From positions 13,001 to 77,000 of the forward strand of contig DASPKL010000004.1 of NCBI GenBank assembly GCA_035628115.1: 64,000 bases of DNA, read 5' to 3'. The DNA comes from Phycisphaerales bacterium (GTDB lineage: Bacteria; Planctomycetota; Phycisphaerae; Phycisphaerales; UBA1924). This document shows positions 53,801-63,673 of this stretch, piece after piece. A program made the translations under genes and the position numbers. The notes under the pieces were generated by a model that saw only the letters and a program-made list of their open reading frames with translations, was not told the DNA's origin and made no database searches. Positions within the stretch are counted from its first letter, which is position 1. The number at the start of each line of letters is the position of its first letter.

Positions 53801-56800
53801 CAACGGGCCGGTGCGCGCCCTCGCGGCGACCGCCGACGAGGACGAGCCGTCCATCGAGATGGAGCTCGAGACGGTGCAGGACGCTCAGCAGGTCTTGTAC
53901 ATCGGCGGCGACTTCGACTCCGCGGACTTCGGCAACGGGCCCGTCGCGGCGAACCGCGTCGTGCAGCTGTCGGCCGGTTCGTACCCGCCCGGGCCGAACA
54001 ACGCCGACTTCTTCAACTTCTTCCCGCTCAACGGCGGCGTGGAGCGCGAGGACCCGACCGTCGGGAACCCGGCGCAGGTCTTTGCGCTCACGGTCTTCGA
54101 CGACGGCAACCCGGCGCAATGGGACCGCCACGACCGCCCTGGCAGCCGGCTGGCGATCTCGACGACGTCGTTCATCGAGACCTTCACCGACCTCGTTGTC
54201 AACGTCTACGACTCGAACTACGCGCTGGTGTACACAAACTCGTCGATCGACGAGTTCAATCAGGTGAACCCGGATTACCGCGACCCGGCCGGCTCCAAGG
54301 ACCCGTCGCTGACCGGGTCCGGCGGCACCGCGGTGCCGGGCATTCAGATTTGGGGCGGCGAGACATACTACGTGGAGGTCCTGAACGGCGGGCTGGCGAA
54401 CTCCGGCGGCCCGTACGCGGTGACCATCTCGCTCGACGCCGGCCCGCAGGACACGGACGGGGACGGGACCTACGAGGACATCAACGTCGTTTCGTACTCC
54501 GAGGAAGGCGAGGAAGGCGGCTTCAACGACAACCAGATCTTCTTCTTCACGAACGGCAACGGCGACGCCCAGAACGTCTACGACGTCACGACGCTCAACC
54601 CCGCGCACGGCGCGATCGGCGACGCGCGTCTCTGGCGCACGCGCCCGAGCGTGGGCGAGATCAGCGAGCAGCGCCAGTCCAACGGCGACCTGGGCATGAT
54701 CCACACGATCGGCGACAAGGACCTCTACTCCTTCCGCGCCGAGTTCACGGGCACCGCCGAGATCCGCCTCTCCACGCAGGACATGACGGACACGTACAGC
54801 GAGTACGAGTTCGACGAGACGGGCACGACCGTGGAGGTGACCAACACCAAGACGTACTCAAGCCGTTTCGACGGCGCGCTGCGCATCTTCAACAACGACT
54901 TCCAGCAGATCGGCTACAACGACGACAACGCCGCGATGCGCCTCGACAGCCCGCGCGACCGCGACCGCGCCAACACCGGCGGCTTCGACAACGTCCTCTA
55001 CGCCCGGCGCGACCCGCGCGTGGTGTTCGACGTCGTGGCCGGCGAGACGTACTTCATCCAGGTCGAGAGCGGCCAGCTCTACAAGGACGGGCGCCCCGCC
55101 TTCGAGGTCGACCGCGAGCGCACCGAGGTCACCGACCAGTGGCCGGGCTTCCAGACCGGCTCGTACCGGCTCCTCGTCAACGCGATGGCGAACCAGACGA
55201 GCGGCATCGTCAACGGCCAGCCGGTCTTCGACGACCACTCGCCCGCGATCATCGCCGGCGGCAACACCGCCAACTCCGACAACGCGACGGTCATCCCCCT
55301 CGGCGACGACCCGGGCAGCCCGCTGACGAACGGGCGAGGCACCGCGTCGGGCACGATCCTGCACGCGACGGCGGCGGGGCTCGACACGGACGCGTTCCGC
55401 TTCATCTCGCCCGGCTCGGGCACGATGACCGTGCGCATCCAGCGCGCCCAGAACTCGGCGCTCAATGTTCAGGCGTCCGTCTTCCGCTCGTACGGCGCGC
55501 TCCTCGCGACGGCGGTGGAGACCACGCCGGGCACGTGGGACATCTCGATCCCCAACGTCGCGAAGGGCGACGACCTGACGCTGTTCGTCGCGGGCCTGGG
55601 CGGCAGCCAGGGCGCGTACAACGTGAGCGTCCAGGTCGCCGGCTTTAGCGACGACCACGGCGACGAGGGCAAGGTCTGGCGCGCCACCGACATCCCGCTG
55701 ATCGACTTCCAGGGCAGCGCGTCCGCCAACGGGCGCATCGAGTACGCGGGCGACACGGACCTCTTCCGGTTCCGGGTCACCGACTACGACCAGTTCCAGG
55801 TGCGCGTGACGCCCAACAACGCGACGATGAGCCCGCGCTTCACCGTGTACGAGCTCCACGAGGACGGCAACGGCGAGCCCATCTTCCGCCGCATCGGCGC
55901 CTCGGGCCCCTTCCTGCCCGACCGCTCGGCGCAGGCCGTGGTCAGCGTCGCGCCGGACCGCGTCGTGGACGTCCCCGATCCGGGCACCGACCGGGTTTAC
56001 CCGTACTACTACGTCCTCGTCGAGGGCGCGGACCCGCAGGCCAACTTCGGCGACTACACCGTCACACTCACGTTCAACGCGACCGACGACCACCCGGACG
56101 CCGACATCGACGGCGACGGCGACTACACGGACTCCGAGTTCCCGATCGCGACCAACATCACGCTCGACAGCAACACCGGCCTCGGGGCCGCGGGCGGCGA
56201 GATCGAGGTGCCGGAGGACTCGGACCTCCTGACCTTCATCGTCGAGGCCTCGGGCACGCTCAGCCTGACGGTCACGGCGCCGGCGGGCAGCACGCTGCGG
56301 CCGCGCATCACGCTCCTCTCGTCGTCCGGCGCGGTCCTCGCGCAGGCGGCGGGCGCGGACGTGGTCGGGTCTTCGGCGACCGTCAGCGCCTTCGTCCAGC
56401 GTGCGTCGCGCGTCTTCGTCGTCATCGACGGCTTCGAGGACGACGCGCTCCCCAACACCAACACGGACACGACCGGCGCGTGGCAGCTCTCCGTCGCCTC
56501 GCCGCCGATCGACGACCACGCCAACGAGACCGAGTGGGGCCTGGCGACCCGCATCTTCCTCGGCGCCGACGGGCGCGGGGCGGTGGCGAGCGCGTCGCTC
56601 TCCCCCGAGGCGGACACCGACCTCTTCTTCTTCGTGCCGATCGTCAGCGGCGCGCACTCCATCACCATCACCCCCACCGGCTCGTCGCCGAACGTGGCGG
56701 CACGCCTCGAGGTCTTCCGCGAGTCGACCCCGGGCGTCTTCACGAGCCTGGGCGCGATCGACGGCGCCGCGGGCGATCCGATCTCGTTCGACATCCCGTC

Positions 56801-58781
56801 GGCGGTGGTGCCGATCAAGATTTACCTGCTCGTCTCGTCGCGCGACGGCGTCGTCGGCGCGGCCGACACCGGGACGTACAGCGTCTTGGTCGTCGGTCCC
56901 ACGCCCACCAATCCGCCGCCGCCGCCGGACCCGGCCTTCATCGACCCGGACTCGCCGACGGCCGACTTCGTCCTCAACCAGCGCAACGGCCGGGGCGGCA
57001 CGCTCTCGAACCTCTCGAGCCCCAACCAGCAGGACCTGGGCCAGATCAACGTCCCGGGCGACCGTGACCTCTACTCCTTCACCGCCCAGGGCAGCGGCCG
57101 GGCCTTCGTCCGCATCTCCCTCCCGTCGGGCTCGCTGCTCGACGCGACGGTGCAGATCTTCACGCGCCCGGGCGGCACGGGCGACCTGCAGCCGCTGCTT
57201 GTGAACGGGCAGCCGGTCTTCGACGCCGACGGCGGCCCGGGCTCCACGGCGCAGGTGGACTTCCCCGTCACGGCGAGCACGCGGTACTTCATCCTCGTGG
57301 ACGGCGTCGGCGACTCGACGGGCTCGTACGTGGTCGAGGTCGACACGCCCACCCAGACCAACCGCCTCTTCTTCCCCGAGGGGTACGCCAACGAGAACGT
57401 TTTCGAGTTCATCCCGATCGCGAACCCCAACCCCTTCGCCATCGACTACAACGTCCAGATCCGGTACTTCAACACGAACCTCGCCCCCATCATCATCAAC
57501 AGCCGCATCGGGCCCAACACCCGCGACGGCATCACCATCAACGAGGGCACCAACTACCGCACGCCCGGCCTCGTCTACAACGAGGCGTACTCCCTCGTCA
57601 TCGAGTGGACGATCCCCACGGGCGTCGACCCGGCGACCGTCCAGCCGCTGGGCGCGACGATGTCGCACTACGACTTCGGCAGCTCGGTGGGCGACGCCTT
57701 CACCGAGGAGGTCAGCCGCACGTGGAACTTCCCGCGCGTCGAGCGCGACCCGGGCGCGGCCCTCAACTACATCCTCTTCTTCAACCCGCACGACTTCGAG
57801 GCCGAGGTGCAGCTGCGGGTCTTCTTCAACGACGGCACGACCGCCACGCTCCCGTCGCAGTTCGAGAACAGCGGCTGGCGCCGCGTGGGCGCCCAGCGCC
57901 GCCAGGGCTTCGGCATCGACGACGTCTACAGCGTGCCGGAGTTCGACCAGCGCCGCGGCGTCTTCAGCGTCCAGCTCGTCTCGCGCCCGCTCAGCACCGC
58001 GAACGAGGCGGCCTTCGAGGGCGTCGTCGCGTCGATCACCGCCTACCGCGTCGGCGCGGGCGAGTCGGCCTTCGCGGCTCTCGGCGACCACACGGGCGGC
58101 AGCCGCAAGGGCGTGATCACCAACATCACGTCGGGGGACGGGGTCAGCTCCGACCTCACGCTCTTCAACCCGGGCCTCGCCACGGCGACGGTCACGATCG
58201 ACGCCACCTACGTCCGCACGGGCATCCCCGGCTTCTCCCGCACGATCCAGATTGGGCCCGGCAGCGGCGTGACCCTCACCGGCTCGCAGCTGGGCATCGC
58301 CAGCGGCCAACCCGTCGGCCTCCGCTACACGTCAAGCGAGAACATCAGCGTCCAGTCGTACCAGCAGCAGCGGGGCGACGCGGACTCGAGCACCCCCAGC
58401 AACACGGTGGGCCGCCGCTTCTACTTCGGCGACGCCTTCATCGACGCCAACTCGGCGGGCCGGCTCTACTTCGAGACGCTCTGGCTCTACAACGCCGCGA
58501 ACACGGCCAACACCATCAACGTCACGCTCCTCTTCTTCAGCCGGCCGACGCTCCCGACCGTCACGATCCCCGTCACCGTCCCGGCCAACGGCTTCCACGA
58601 GCTGCGGCTCGACCAGCGGCCGGAGATCCTCTCGGCCGGCGGCCCCGTGTGGTTCGCGATCGATGTTTCCTCGTCGCGTCCGTTCCGCGCGAACCTGGAG
58701 CACTACGACCTCTTCCTCGGCGGCGGCTGGGCGGCGTCGGGCGTGCCCTTCGGCATCCAGACACCGATCGCCCAGATCTGA
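50802..58781 (+). CDS. giant (2659-aa) secreted repeat protein with multiple pre-peptidase-C-terminal (PPC)-like domains
   Basis: Single uninterrupted ORF with acidic, Gly/Asp/Thr-rich composition. N-terminal VESLESRQLLEGS motif. There are at least 7 xDxD[LA][FYL]xF motifs: GDRDLFQF, GDKDLYSF, GLDTDAFRF, GDTDLFRF, EDSDLLTF, EADTDLFFF, GDRDLYSF. The start could be the ATG at 50817. Confidence 0.85.
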   Translation: MEPRHMERRTFRSARFDTTLVVAHGARRATLASRMARAVGRAMGLHERTASVESLESRQLLEGSFDSPLPLPGPDGDGRVVFGGSINPALPSTNNDTYIFTATQDAFVTALADTSNESPASGLDTRIEIFSASRAAITAGNDNGTVTSGFLRDGWAGFVAEAGETYFIRVSSQGTGSGTYTLRMRTTNATFDIGGDVAPPDVTVPSGVAYEDGTPPPLPPNNPRAILGQLGGTNPNINARTRQDEIVYKWTAGGEDFWDSLVILNAQTTAGNLNARVDTHLDIYNEQGQLIVSDEQTGRLNDAFATFKAEPGETYYFRVRSDEVSNANIQLATGPFYLVMDAIATEIDVDVISRRGILQWERYGNFQPPTVPSNPATPAPRHQASLYEFTAQGSGLAFITVIPDAPPLQIPIVDPAVRVYDENGTLLGFNNNYFGRIAQLQLNLVAGRRYFVVADRFDTINDEATNPNAGPWYTVTVEAHYTFSNDPNTPFDDHIGTDETVTGDQERLFGRATALNFGDPFLTLDADGNPLRDRQFRVQTSATGRLWAPGDRDLFQFTAPTDMLDPHAGDNDDAGTSLFVGGIFEEADPETPFPVGSRSLVTWDAADYWYVGPQTPLPDGTPRGFLDNPDTADTDGPVIYAMLDWEPIENGQPQPRRLVIGGDFILSTGSTVMVNLAVWTYNPIAGRWVWSNELADGTDGPVRAIVAYDPPQPQTPPGQPDPPPGIMIGGDFSNIILPAPAPPVESNRIARFSPDDGWEAIEGFDEPNDKVFALHVYDPQDAGAGRPAQDTPPLPEVLDPEDRQLSVFIGGEFEGGIAVYSHRDSGGGPEADVEWVYDGSLTFTEPPPGGQIPRRLAATAPPVVDRLDGPVYALNQVLVPEQGDVPEHLALAIGGEFTGVDLDGTLNSTELDAVNFVLYGAIDPDLDLQDPAYQPDLQWDAPLADDTFDGPIYAMTTWDPPDINGAEIDPFLVIGGEFGGDGYENIFGFNGVGGVLLGEINGPVRALAATADEDEPSIEMELETVQDAQQVLYIGGDFDSADFGNGPVAANRVVQLSAGSYPPGPNNADFFNFFPLNGGVEREDPTVGNPAQVFALTVFDDGNPAQWDRHDRPGSRLAISTTSFIETFTDLVVNVYDSNYALVYTNSSIDEFNQVNPDYRDPAGSKDPSLTGSGGTAVPGIQIWGGETYYVEVLNGGLANSGGPYAVTISLDAGPQDTDGDGTYEDINVVSYSEEGEEGGFNDNQIFFFTNGNGDAQNVYDVTTLNPAHGAIGDARLWRTRPSVGEISEQRQSNGDLGMIHTIGDKDLYSFRAEFTGTAEIRLSTQDMTDTYSEYEFDETGTTVEVTNTKTYSSRFDGALRIFNNDFQQIGYNDDNAAMRLDSPRDRDRANTGGFDNVLYARRDPRVVFDVVAGETYFIQVESGQLYKDGRPAFEVDRERTEVTDQWPGFQTGSYRLLVNAMANQTSGIVNGQPVFDDHSPAIIAGGNTANSDNATVIPLGDDPGSPLTNGRGTASGTILHATAAGLDTDAFRFISPGSGTMTVRIQRAQNSALNVQASVFRSYGALLATAVETTPGTWDISIPNVAKGDDLTLFVAGLGGSQGAYNVSVQVAGFSDDHGDEGKVWRATDIPLIDFQGSASANGRIEYAGDTDLFRFRVTDYDQFQVRVTPNNATMSPRFTVYELHEDGNGEPIFRRIGASGPFLPDRSAQAVVSVAPDRVVDVPDPGTDRVYPYYYVLVEGADPQANFGDYTVTLTFNATDDHPDADIDGDGDYTDSEFPIATNITLDSNTGLGAAGGEIEVPEDSDLLTFIVEASGTLSLTVTAPAGSTLRPRITLLSSSGAVLAQAAGADVVGSSATVSAFVQRASRVFVVIDGFEDDALPNTNTDTTGAWQLSVASPPIDDHANETEWGLATRIFLGADGRGAVASASLSPEADTDLFFFVPIVSGAHSITITPTGSSPNVAARLEVFRESTPGVFTSLGAIDGAAGDPISFDIPSAVVPIKIYLLVSSRDGVVGAADTGTYSVLVVGPTPTNPPPPPDPAFIDPDSPTADFVLNQRNGRGGTLSNLSSPNQQDLGQINVPGDRDLYSFTAQGSGRAFVRISLPSGSLLDATVQIFTRPGGTGDLQPLLVNGQPVFDADGGPGSTAQVDFPVTASTRYFILVDGVGDSTGSYVVEVDTPTQTNRLFFPEGYANENVFEFIPIANPNPFAIDYNVQIRYFNTNLAPIIINSRIGPNTRDGITINEGTNYRTPGLVYNEAYSLVIEWTIPTGVDPATVQPLGATMSHYDFGSSVGDAFTEEVSRTWNFPRVERDPGAALNYILFFNPHDFEAEVQLRVFFNDGTTATLPSQFENSGWRRVGAQRRQGFGIDDVYSVPEFDQRRGVFSVQLVSRPLSTANEAAFEGVVASITAYRVGAGESAFAALGDHTGGSRKGVITNITSGDGVSSDLTLFNPGLATATVTIDATYVRTGIPGFSRTIQIGPGSGVTLTGSQLGIASGQPVGLRYTSSENISVQSYQQQRGDADSSTPSNTVGRRFYFGDAFIDANSAGRLYFETLWLYNAANTANTINVTLLFFSRPTLPTVTIPVTVPANGFHELRLDQRPEILSAGGPVWFAIDVSSSRPFRANLEHYDLFLGGGWAASGVPFGIQTPIAQI

Positions 58782-58817
58782 CGGTGCATGGCATCGGCAA
58801 CCCGTAACGACCTCGAG

Positions 58818-58852
58818 GGCCCGGGAGTACGCTCCCGGGCCTTTTTCTTTTT
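58818..58852 (+). terminator. rho-independent terminator of the giant gene
   Basis: GGCCCGGGAG-tacg-CTCCCGGGCC is a perfect 10-bp GC stem. It is followed by TTTTTCTTTTT and lies 37 nt after the stop. Confidence 0.8.
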
Positions 58853-58927
58853 GAAGCCCCGCAGGGGGGGGCCGACCGATGCTGTCCGTCACGATCCGTT
58901 GACCGCAGGCGAGGACCCGGACCACCC

Positions 58928-60949
58928 ATGGCCATCAAGCAACTCACCGAAGAGCAAGTCCGCACCTGGACGGTCGAGCAGAAGGACCGGTGGTGGCTCG
59001 AGAACGTCTTCCGGGGCGACATGCCCCAGCTCACCCTCCGCAGCGCCGTCACCGGCTTCCTGCTGGGTTCGGTCCTGAGCGCGACCAACCTCTACATCGG
59101 CGCCAAAACCGGTTGGACGCTCGGCGTCGGCCTTACCAGCGTCATCCTCGCCTTCGCCGCGTTCCGCGTCCTCTCGACGCTGGGCGCCCGCGACATGACG
59201 ATCCTCGAGAACAACGCCAGCCAGTCGATCGCGACCGCGGCGGGGTACATGACCGGCCCGCTCATCTCCGGCATCGCGGCGTACATGATGGTCAAGGACG
59301 CCATCATCCCGTGGTGGCAGCTCATGACGTTCAACGTCGTCCTCTCGGTGCTGGGCGTGCTCGTCGCCTTTCCGATGAAGCGGCGGTTCATCAACGACGA
59401 GCAGGCGCCCTTCCCCGAGGGGCAGGCGTGCGGCGTGGTGCTCGACACGCTCTACACATCGCAGGCCGCGGTCGGCCTCTTCAAGGCCAAGGCGCTCGTG
59501 GCGGCGGCGCTGCTCGCGGGGTTCCTGAAGTTCATCTCCGGCGAGAGCTACCAGATGCTCTTGCAGGGCAAAGCGCTGGGCCTCTCGAAGATCCGGTGGA
59601 TGAACGAGCACCTCGACGCGTGGTATTACCACATGGTGGACGCCGGCAAGGCCTCCGTGCCGACGATCGCCAACATCGACATCCGCAAGCTCGGTCTCTC
59701 GCCCACGCTCGACCTCGCGATGTTCGGCGCGGGCGGGCTGATGCACATCAAGTACGCCGCGAACATGCTCGCGGGGCTGGCGATCGCCTGGGTGGTTCTG
59801 GGGCCGATGGCGGTCTCGAACGGCTGGGTGCTGGTGCGGGGCGAGGCGCTCACGCCCGAATCCAACTTCGGGCGCGTGGCGGTGCTGAACGGCTGGGTGT
59901 TGTGGCCGGGCGTCGCGGTGCTGGTGTGCGCGAGCCTCGCGGCGTTCTTCGCCAAGCCGCAGGTGATCATCTCAGCGTTCGCCGGGGTGCTCGGGAAGAA
60001 GAAGGCGGCCGACGCGCAGGTGCTCGGCCACATCGAGGTGCCGCTTCGCGTCTCGTGGATCGGCGTGCCGATCGTGGGCGCGATCGCGGTCTGGATGGCG
60101 CACGAGTGGTTCCAGGTCAACTGGTGGCTGGGCGCCCTCTCGATCCCGCTCATCATCGTCCTCACGCTCATCGCGGCGAACGCCACGGCCATGACGAGCA
60201 TCACGCCGACCGGCTCGCTGAGCAAGATCACGCAGTTCACGTTCGGCGTGCTCGACCCCAAGCACCCGCAGACGAACCTGATGACGGCGCTCATGACGAC
60301 GGAGGTCGCGAGCAACGCCGCGAACCTGCTGATGGACATCAAGCCCGGCTACATGCTCGGCGGCAAGCCGCGCCACCAGGCGTGGGGCCACTGCATCGGC
60401 ATCATCGCCGGCGCGCTCGCGAGCACGCCCCTCTTCTTCATGCTCTTCCTGAACGGGCACGAGGACAACCCCTTCACGCCGCCGGACCCGAAGCTCGCCG
60501 GCCAGTCCGTCGAGCAGGTGCTGCTCGCCAAGCCCGACGAGTTCAGCTTCATTTCCGCCGTGCAGTGGAAGGGGATCAGCGAGTTCATCGCCGGCCTGAC
60601 GGGCGATGCCGGCCTCACCTCGATCATCCACCCCTCGGCCCTCTGGGCGATGGGCATCGGCGCGGTCGTCGGCATCCTGCTCGAGATCGTGCGCATCGCG
60701 AGCAGGAGCAAGAGCCCGATCTCGCCGGTCGCGATCGGCCTGGGCATGGTGTTGCCGCCCGACTCGACCTTCTGGATGTTCCTGGGGTCCATGTTCTTCT
60801 GGACCATGGGCCGCATCTACCGCGCCCGCAAGGAGTCCTTCGGCAACCGGCTGTGGGTCGAGACCCATGAGCCCATCTGCGCCGGCCTCATCGCGGGCGC
60901 GGCCCTGACGGGCATCGGCGGCATCCTGATCGACGTCTTCGTGCTCTGA
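58928..60949 (+). CDS. OPT-family oligopeptide transporter
   Basis: 673-aa polytopic protein. N-terminal LTLRSAVTGFLLGSVLSATNLYIGAKTGWTLG and later IKPGYMLGGKPRHQ are typical OPT blocks. Confidence 0.85.
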   Translation: MAIKQLTEEQVRTWTVEQKDRWWLENVFRGDMPQLTLRSAVTGFLLGSVLSATNLYIGAKTGWTLGVGLTSVILAFAAFRVLSTLGARDMTILENNASQSIATAAGYMTGPLISGIAAYMMVKDAIIPWWQLMTFNVVLSVLGVLVAFPMKRRFINDEQAPFPEGQACGVVLDTLYTSQAAVGLFKAKALVAAALLAGFLKFISGESYQMLLQGKALGLSKIRWMNEHLDAWYYHMVDAGKASVPTIANIDIRKLGLSPTLDLAMFGAGGLMHIKYAANMLAGLAIAWVVLGPMAVSNGWVLVRGEALTPESNFGRVAVLNGWVLWPGVAVLVCASLAAFFAKPQVIISAFAGVLGKKKAADAQVLGHIEVPLRVSWIGVPIVGAIAVWMAHEWFQVNWWLGALSIPLIIVLTLIAANATAMTSITPTGSLSKITQFTFGVLDPKHPQTNLMTALMTTEVASNAANLLMDIKPGYMLGGKPRHQAWGHCIGIIAGALASTPLFFMLFLNGHEDNPFTPPDPKLAGQSVEQVLLAKPDEFSFISAVQWKGISEFIAGLTGDAGLTSIIHPSALWAMGIGAVVGILLEIVRIASRSKSPISPVAIGLGMVLPPDSTFWMFLGSMFFWTMGRIYRARKESFGNRLWVETHEPICAGLIAGAALTGIGGILIDVFVL

Positions 60950-60952
60950 CGC

Positions 60953-61798
60953 ATGCTCCGCTTCCTCACCGACCCAGCGCTCGCCGATTTCGGCCGCCCG
61001 GCCCTTTTCGCCGGCGTGGGGATCGCGGCGCTCTGCGGCCTGCTGAGCGTCCTCGTCGTCCTGAAACGCATGGCGTTCATCGGCCAGGGCGTGAGCCACT
61101 CGGCCCTGGGCGGGCTCGGCGTGGCCGCCGCGGCGGGCGTGCTGGGCGCATCGACCGGCCTCGACCTCGTCTGGCAGTTCGCGATCGTCGGCGGCTTCTG
61201 CCTCGCGAGCGGTCTGCTGATGGGGGTGCTGACGCGCCGCGACGAGGGCGCCGAGGCGGACACGGCGATCGGTGTCGTCCTCGTCGGGTCGATGAGCATC
61301 GGCTCGCTCCTGCTCAAGGCCTTTTCGCGCGGATCGGTCGAGTGGGAGAGCTTCCTCTTCGGCGCGATCCTGGGCGTCTCTTGGGCGGAGGCGTGGATGG
61401 CGTGGGCGCTGGCGGCGGTGACGCTCGGCGTCCTCTGGTACTTCCGCCGGCCGCTGGTCTTCTGGGCCTTCGACGGCGCGACGGCGCGGGCCATGGGCGT
61501 GCGAGAGGGCGCGATGAACCTGCTCCTGCTCACGCTCCTCACGCTCGCGACTGTGGCGGTGATGCGGCTCGCGGGCGTCGTGCTGGCGACGGCGATGCTC
61601 GTGCTGCCGGGCGCGGCGGCCCTGCGCGTCTCGCGCCGGTCGGGCACGGTGATGACCCTCGCGGCGGTCTTTTCCCTCGCGGGCGCGGTGGGGGGGTTGC
61701 TGGTCGCCTTCGAGCGCGACTGGCTCCCGGGCGCGTCGATCGTCTGCGTGCTGTGCGCGATCTACGCGGCGTGCTGGGCGATCGGCGCCAGGCGCTGA
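60953..61798 (+). CDS. ABC-3 family metal (Zn/Mn) transporter permease
   Basis: 281 aa with 8-9 TM segments. MAFIGQGVSHSALGG and LVLPGAAA are typical of ZnuB/MntB-type permeases. No cognate ATPase or SBP gene in the window. Confidence 0.8.
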   Translation: MLRFLTDPALADFGRPALFAGVGIAALCGLLSVLVVLKRMAFIGQGVSHSALGGLGVAAAAGVLGASTGLDLVWQFAIVGGFCLASGLLMGVLTRRDEGAEADTAIGVVLVGSMSIGSLLLKAFSRGSVEWESFLFGAILGVSWAEAWMAWALAAVTLGVLWYFRRPLVFWAFDGATARAMGVREGAMNLLLLTLLTLATVAVMRLAGVVLATAMLVLPGAAALRVSRRSGTVMTLAAVFSLAGAVGGLLVAFERDWLPGASIVCVLCAIYAACWAIGARR

Positions 61799-62395
61799 TC
61801 AGGCCCGAAGCGAGACGAGGCGCGAGAGGAGCGCCGTGGGCGAGGGCTCCATGACGACGCTCGTGCGGTGGTTGAGCCGCAGGAAGTGCTCCTGCTCCAC
61901 GTGGTCGAGGAAGCTCCAGAGCCGGTCGTAGTAGCCGGCGGTGTTGAGCAGGCCCACGGGCTTGGCGTGGATGCCCAGCTGCGCCCACGCGAGGATCTCG
62001 AAGAGCTCGTCGAGCGTCCCGAGCCCGCCGGGGAGCGCGATGAAGGCGTCCGCGAGCGTCGCCATCATCATCTTGCGCTCGTGCATCGTCTCGACGACGT
62101 GCAGCTCGGTGTTGCCGGTGTGGGCGAGCTCGCGCGATTGCAGGAGCTTGGTGATGACGCCCACAACCTTGCCGCCGTTGTCGAGAGCGGCGTCGGCGAC
62201 GGTGCCCATGAGGCCCGCCCGGCCGCCGCCGTAGACGAGCGTCGCGCCGTGGTCGGCGATCGCCCGCCCGAGCAGGGCGGCGTCGCGGGCGTACTCGGGC
62301 CGGGCGCCGGCGCTGGCGCCGCAGAAGACGCAGACGCGGCGGAGGGGGGCGGCGGGAGCGTCGGCGGCCCGCGAAGGAGTCGAAGCCTGTTCCAT
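61799..62395 (-). CDS. LOG-family (TIGR00730-type) nucleotide phosphoribohydrolase
   Basis: From ATG 62393-62395: [34 protein letters not shown] (PGGxGTxxE motif). The upstream 266 codons of the track ORF are a shadow of the plus-strand gene. Confidence 0.85.
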   Translation of the reverse strand: MEQASTPSRAADAPAAPLRRVCVFCGASAGARPEYARDAALLGRAIADHGATLVYGGGRAGLMGTVADAALDNGGKVVGVITKLLQSRELAHTGNTELHVVETMHERKMMMATLADAFIALPGGLGTLDELFEILAWAQLGIHAKPVGLLNTAGYYDRLWSFLDHVEQEHFLRLNHRTSVVMEPSPTALLSRLVSLRA

Positions 62396-62446
62396 CTGAC
62401 AGGGTAGCGGAGCCGTCTTCGGTGTGTTCCGCCGTATCCTGCCGGC

Positions 62447-63637
62447 ATGATCACCCCGTTCATCGTCGCGTGTGTCGCCCTCGCCGCGCAGCCCGAAGCC
62501 AAGCAGGCGGAAAAGGCCGAGCGGCCCGCCGCGGCGGCCTCCGGCGTGCCGCGCCCCGACCTGCGCGACATTCCCGTCCTCGAGGAAGGCAAGGACTACC
62601 GCGTCGAGACGGTGGTGGAGGGCGTGGAGGTGCCGTGGGCGATCGCATGGACGAGCCCGAGCCGGATGATCTTCACGGAGCGGCCCGGGCGCGTGCGCGT
62701 GGTGGAGAACGGGAAGCTCAAGGCCCAGCCGCTCTACACGGTGCCGGACGTGATCGGGCCCGGCGGCGAGAACGGGCTGATGGGCCTGTGCGTGCACCCG
62801 GACTACGTGCGCACGCGGTTCGTGTACATCGCGTACGGCACGTCGAACGACGTGCGCGTCGTGCGCTTGAAGGACACGGGCGGCTCGCTCGTGGAGCCGA
62901 AGGTGATCGTCGAGGGTCTGCCCAAGGGGCGCAACCACGTCGGCTGCCGCATCGCGTTCGGGCCGGACAAAAAGCTCTACGTGACCGCGGGCGAGGTCTT
63001 CAAGCGCCAACTCGCGCAGGAGATGGGCTCGCTCGGCGGCAAGATCCTGCGGGTGAACGACGATGGGTCGATCCCCGACGACAATCCGTTCGTCGGGCAG
63101 GAGGGGAAGCGCCCGGAGATCTGGAGCTACGGCCACCGCAACCCGCAGGGGATCGACTGGGACGAGGCCGGCAACCTCTACTCGACCGAGCACGGCCCCA
63201 GCGGCGAGGTGCGGCCGGCCCGGGGCGACGACGAGCTGAACCTCGTGACGAAGGGCGCGGACCTGGGCTGGCCGGACGTGTGGGGCACGAACCAGAAGGA
63301 AGGCGCGCTCTCGCCGTTGGCCGTCTTCAGCCCGGCGATCGCGCCCGGCGCCGCGATCGTCTACAAGGGCCAGCAGTTCCCGGCGTGGCGCGGCAGGGTG
63401 ATGTTCTGCGCGCTCGGCGGCCTGCGGCCGGACCCGGACCCGGGCGTCTACATCGTCGAGATCAAGGACGGCAAGGCCGGAGAGATGCAGCGGATGCTGA
63501 CGGACGTCGGCCGCGTGCGCTGCATCGCGGTGGGGCCCGACGGCGGGCTGTACGTCTCGACGAGCAACCGCGACGGGCGGGCCGAGCCGCGCGAGGGCGA
63601 CGACAAGATCGTGCGAGTGGTGGCGGTCGAGAAGTGA
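62447..63637 (+). CDS. PQQ-dependent sugar (glucose/sorbosone) dehydrogenase family beta-propeller
   Basis: 396 aa with an N-terminal signal/anchor. Blocks [46 protein letters not shown] and [15 protein letters not shown] are present. Confidence 0.82.
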   Translation: MITPFIVACVALAAQPEAKQAEKAERPAAAASGVPRPDLRDIPVLEEGKDYRVETVVEGVEVPWAIAWTSPSRMIFTERPGRVRVVENGKLKAQPLYTVPDVIGPGGENGLMGLCVHPDYVRTRFVYIAYGTSNDVRVVRLKDTGGSLVEPKVIVEGLPKGRNHVGCRIAFGPDKKLYVTAGEVFKRQLAQEMGSLGGKILRVNDDGSIPDDNPFVGQEGKRPEIWSYGHRNPQGIDWDEAGNLYSTEHGPSGEVRPARGDDELNLVTKGADLGWPDVWGTNQKEGALSPLAVFSPAIAPGAAIVYKGQQFPAWRGRVMFCALGGLRPDPDPGVYIVEIKDGKAGEMQRMLTDVGRVRCIAVGPDGGLYVSTSNRDGRAEPREGDDKIVRVVAVEK

Positions 63638-63673
63638 CCGGGACAGTGTTGGAAGCGAACTCGGCAGGTGCCG

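Noticed and set aside
49947-58310. Two very long minus-strand ORFs (49947-54704 and 54858-58310)
   Set aside because: Both are antisense shadows of the 2659-aa plus-strand gene, which has a protein-like acidic composition, repeated PPC-like motifs and a downstream terminator.
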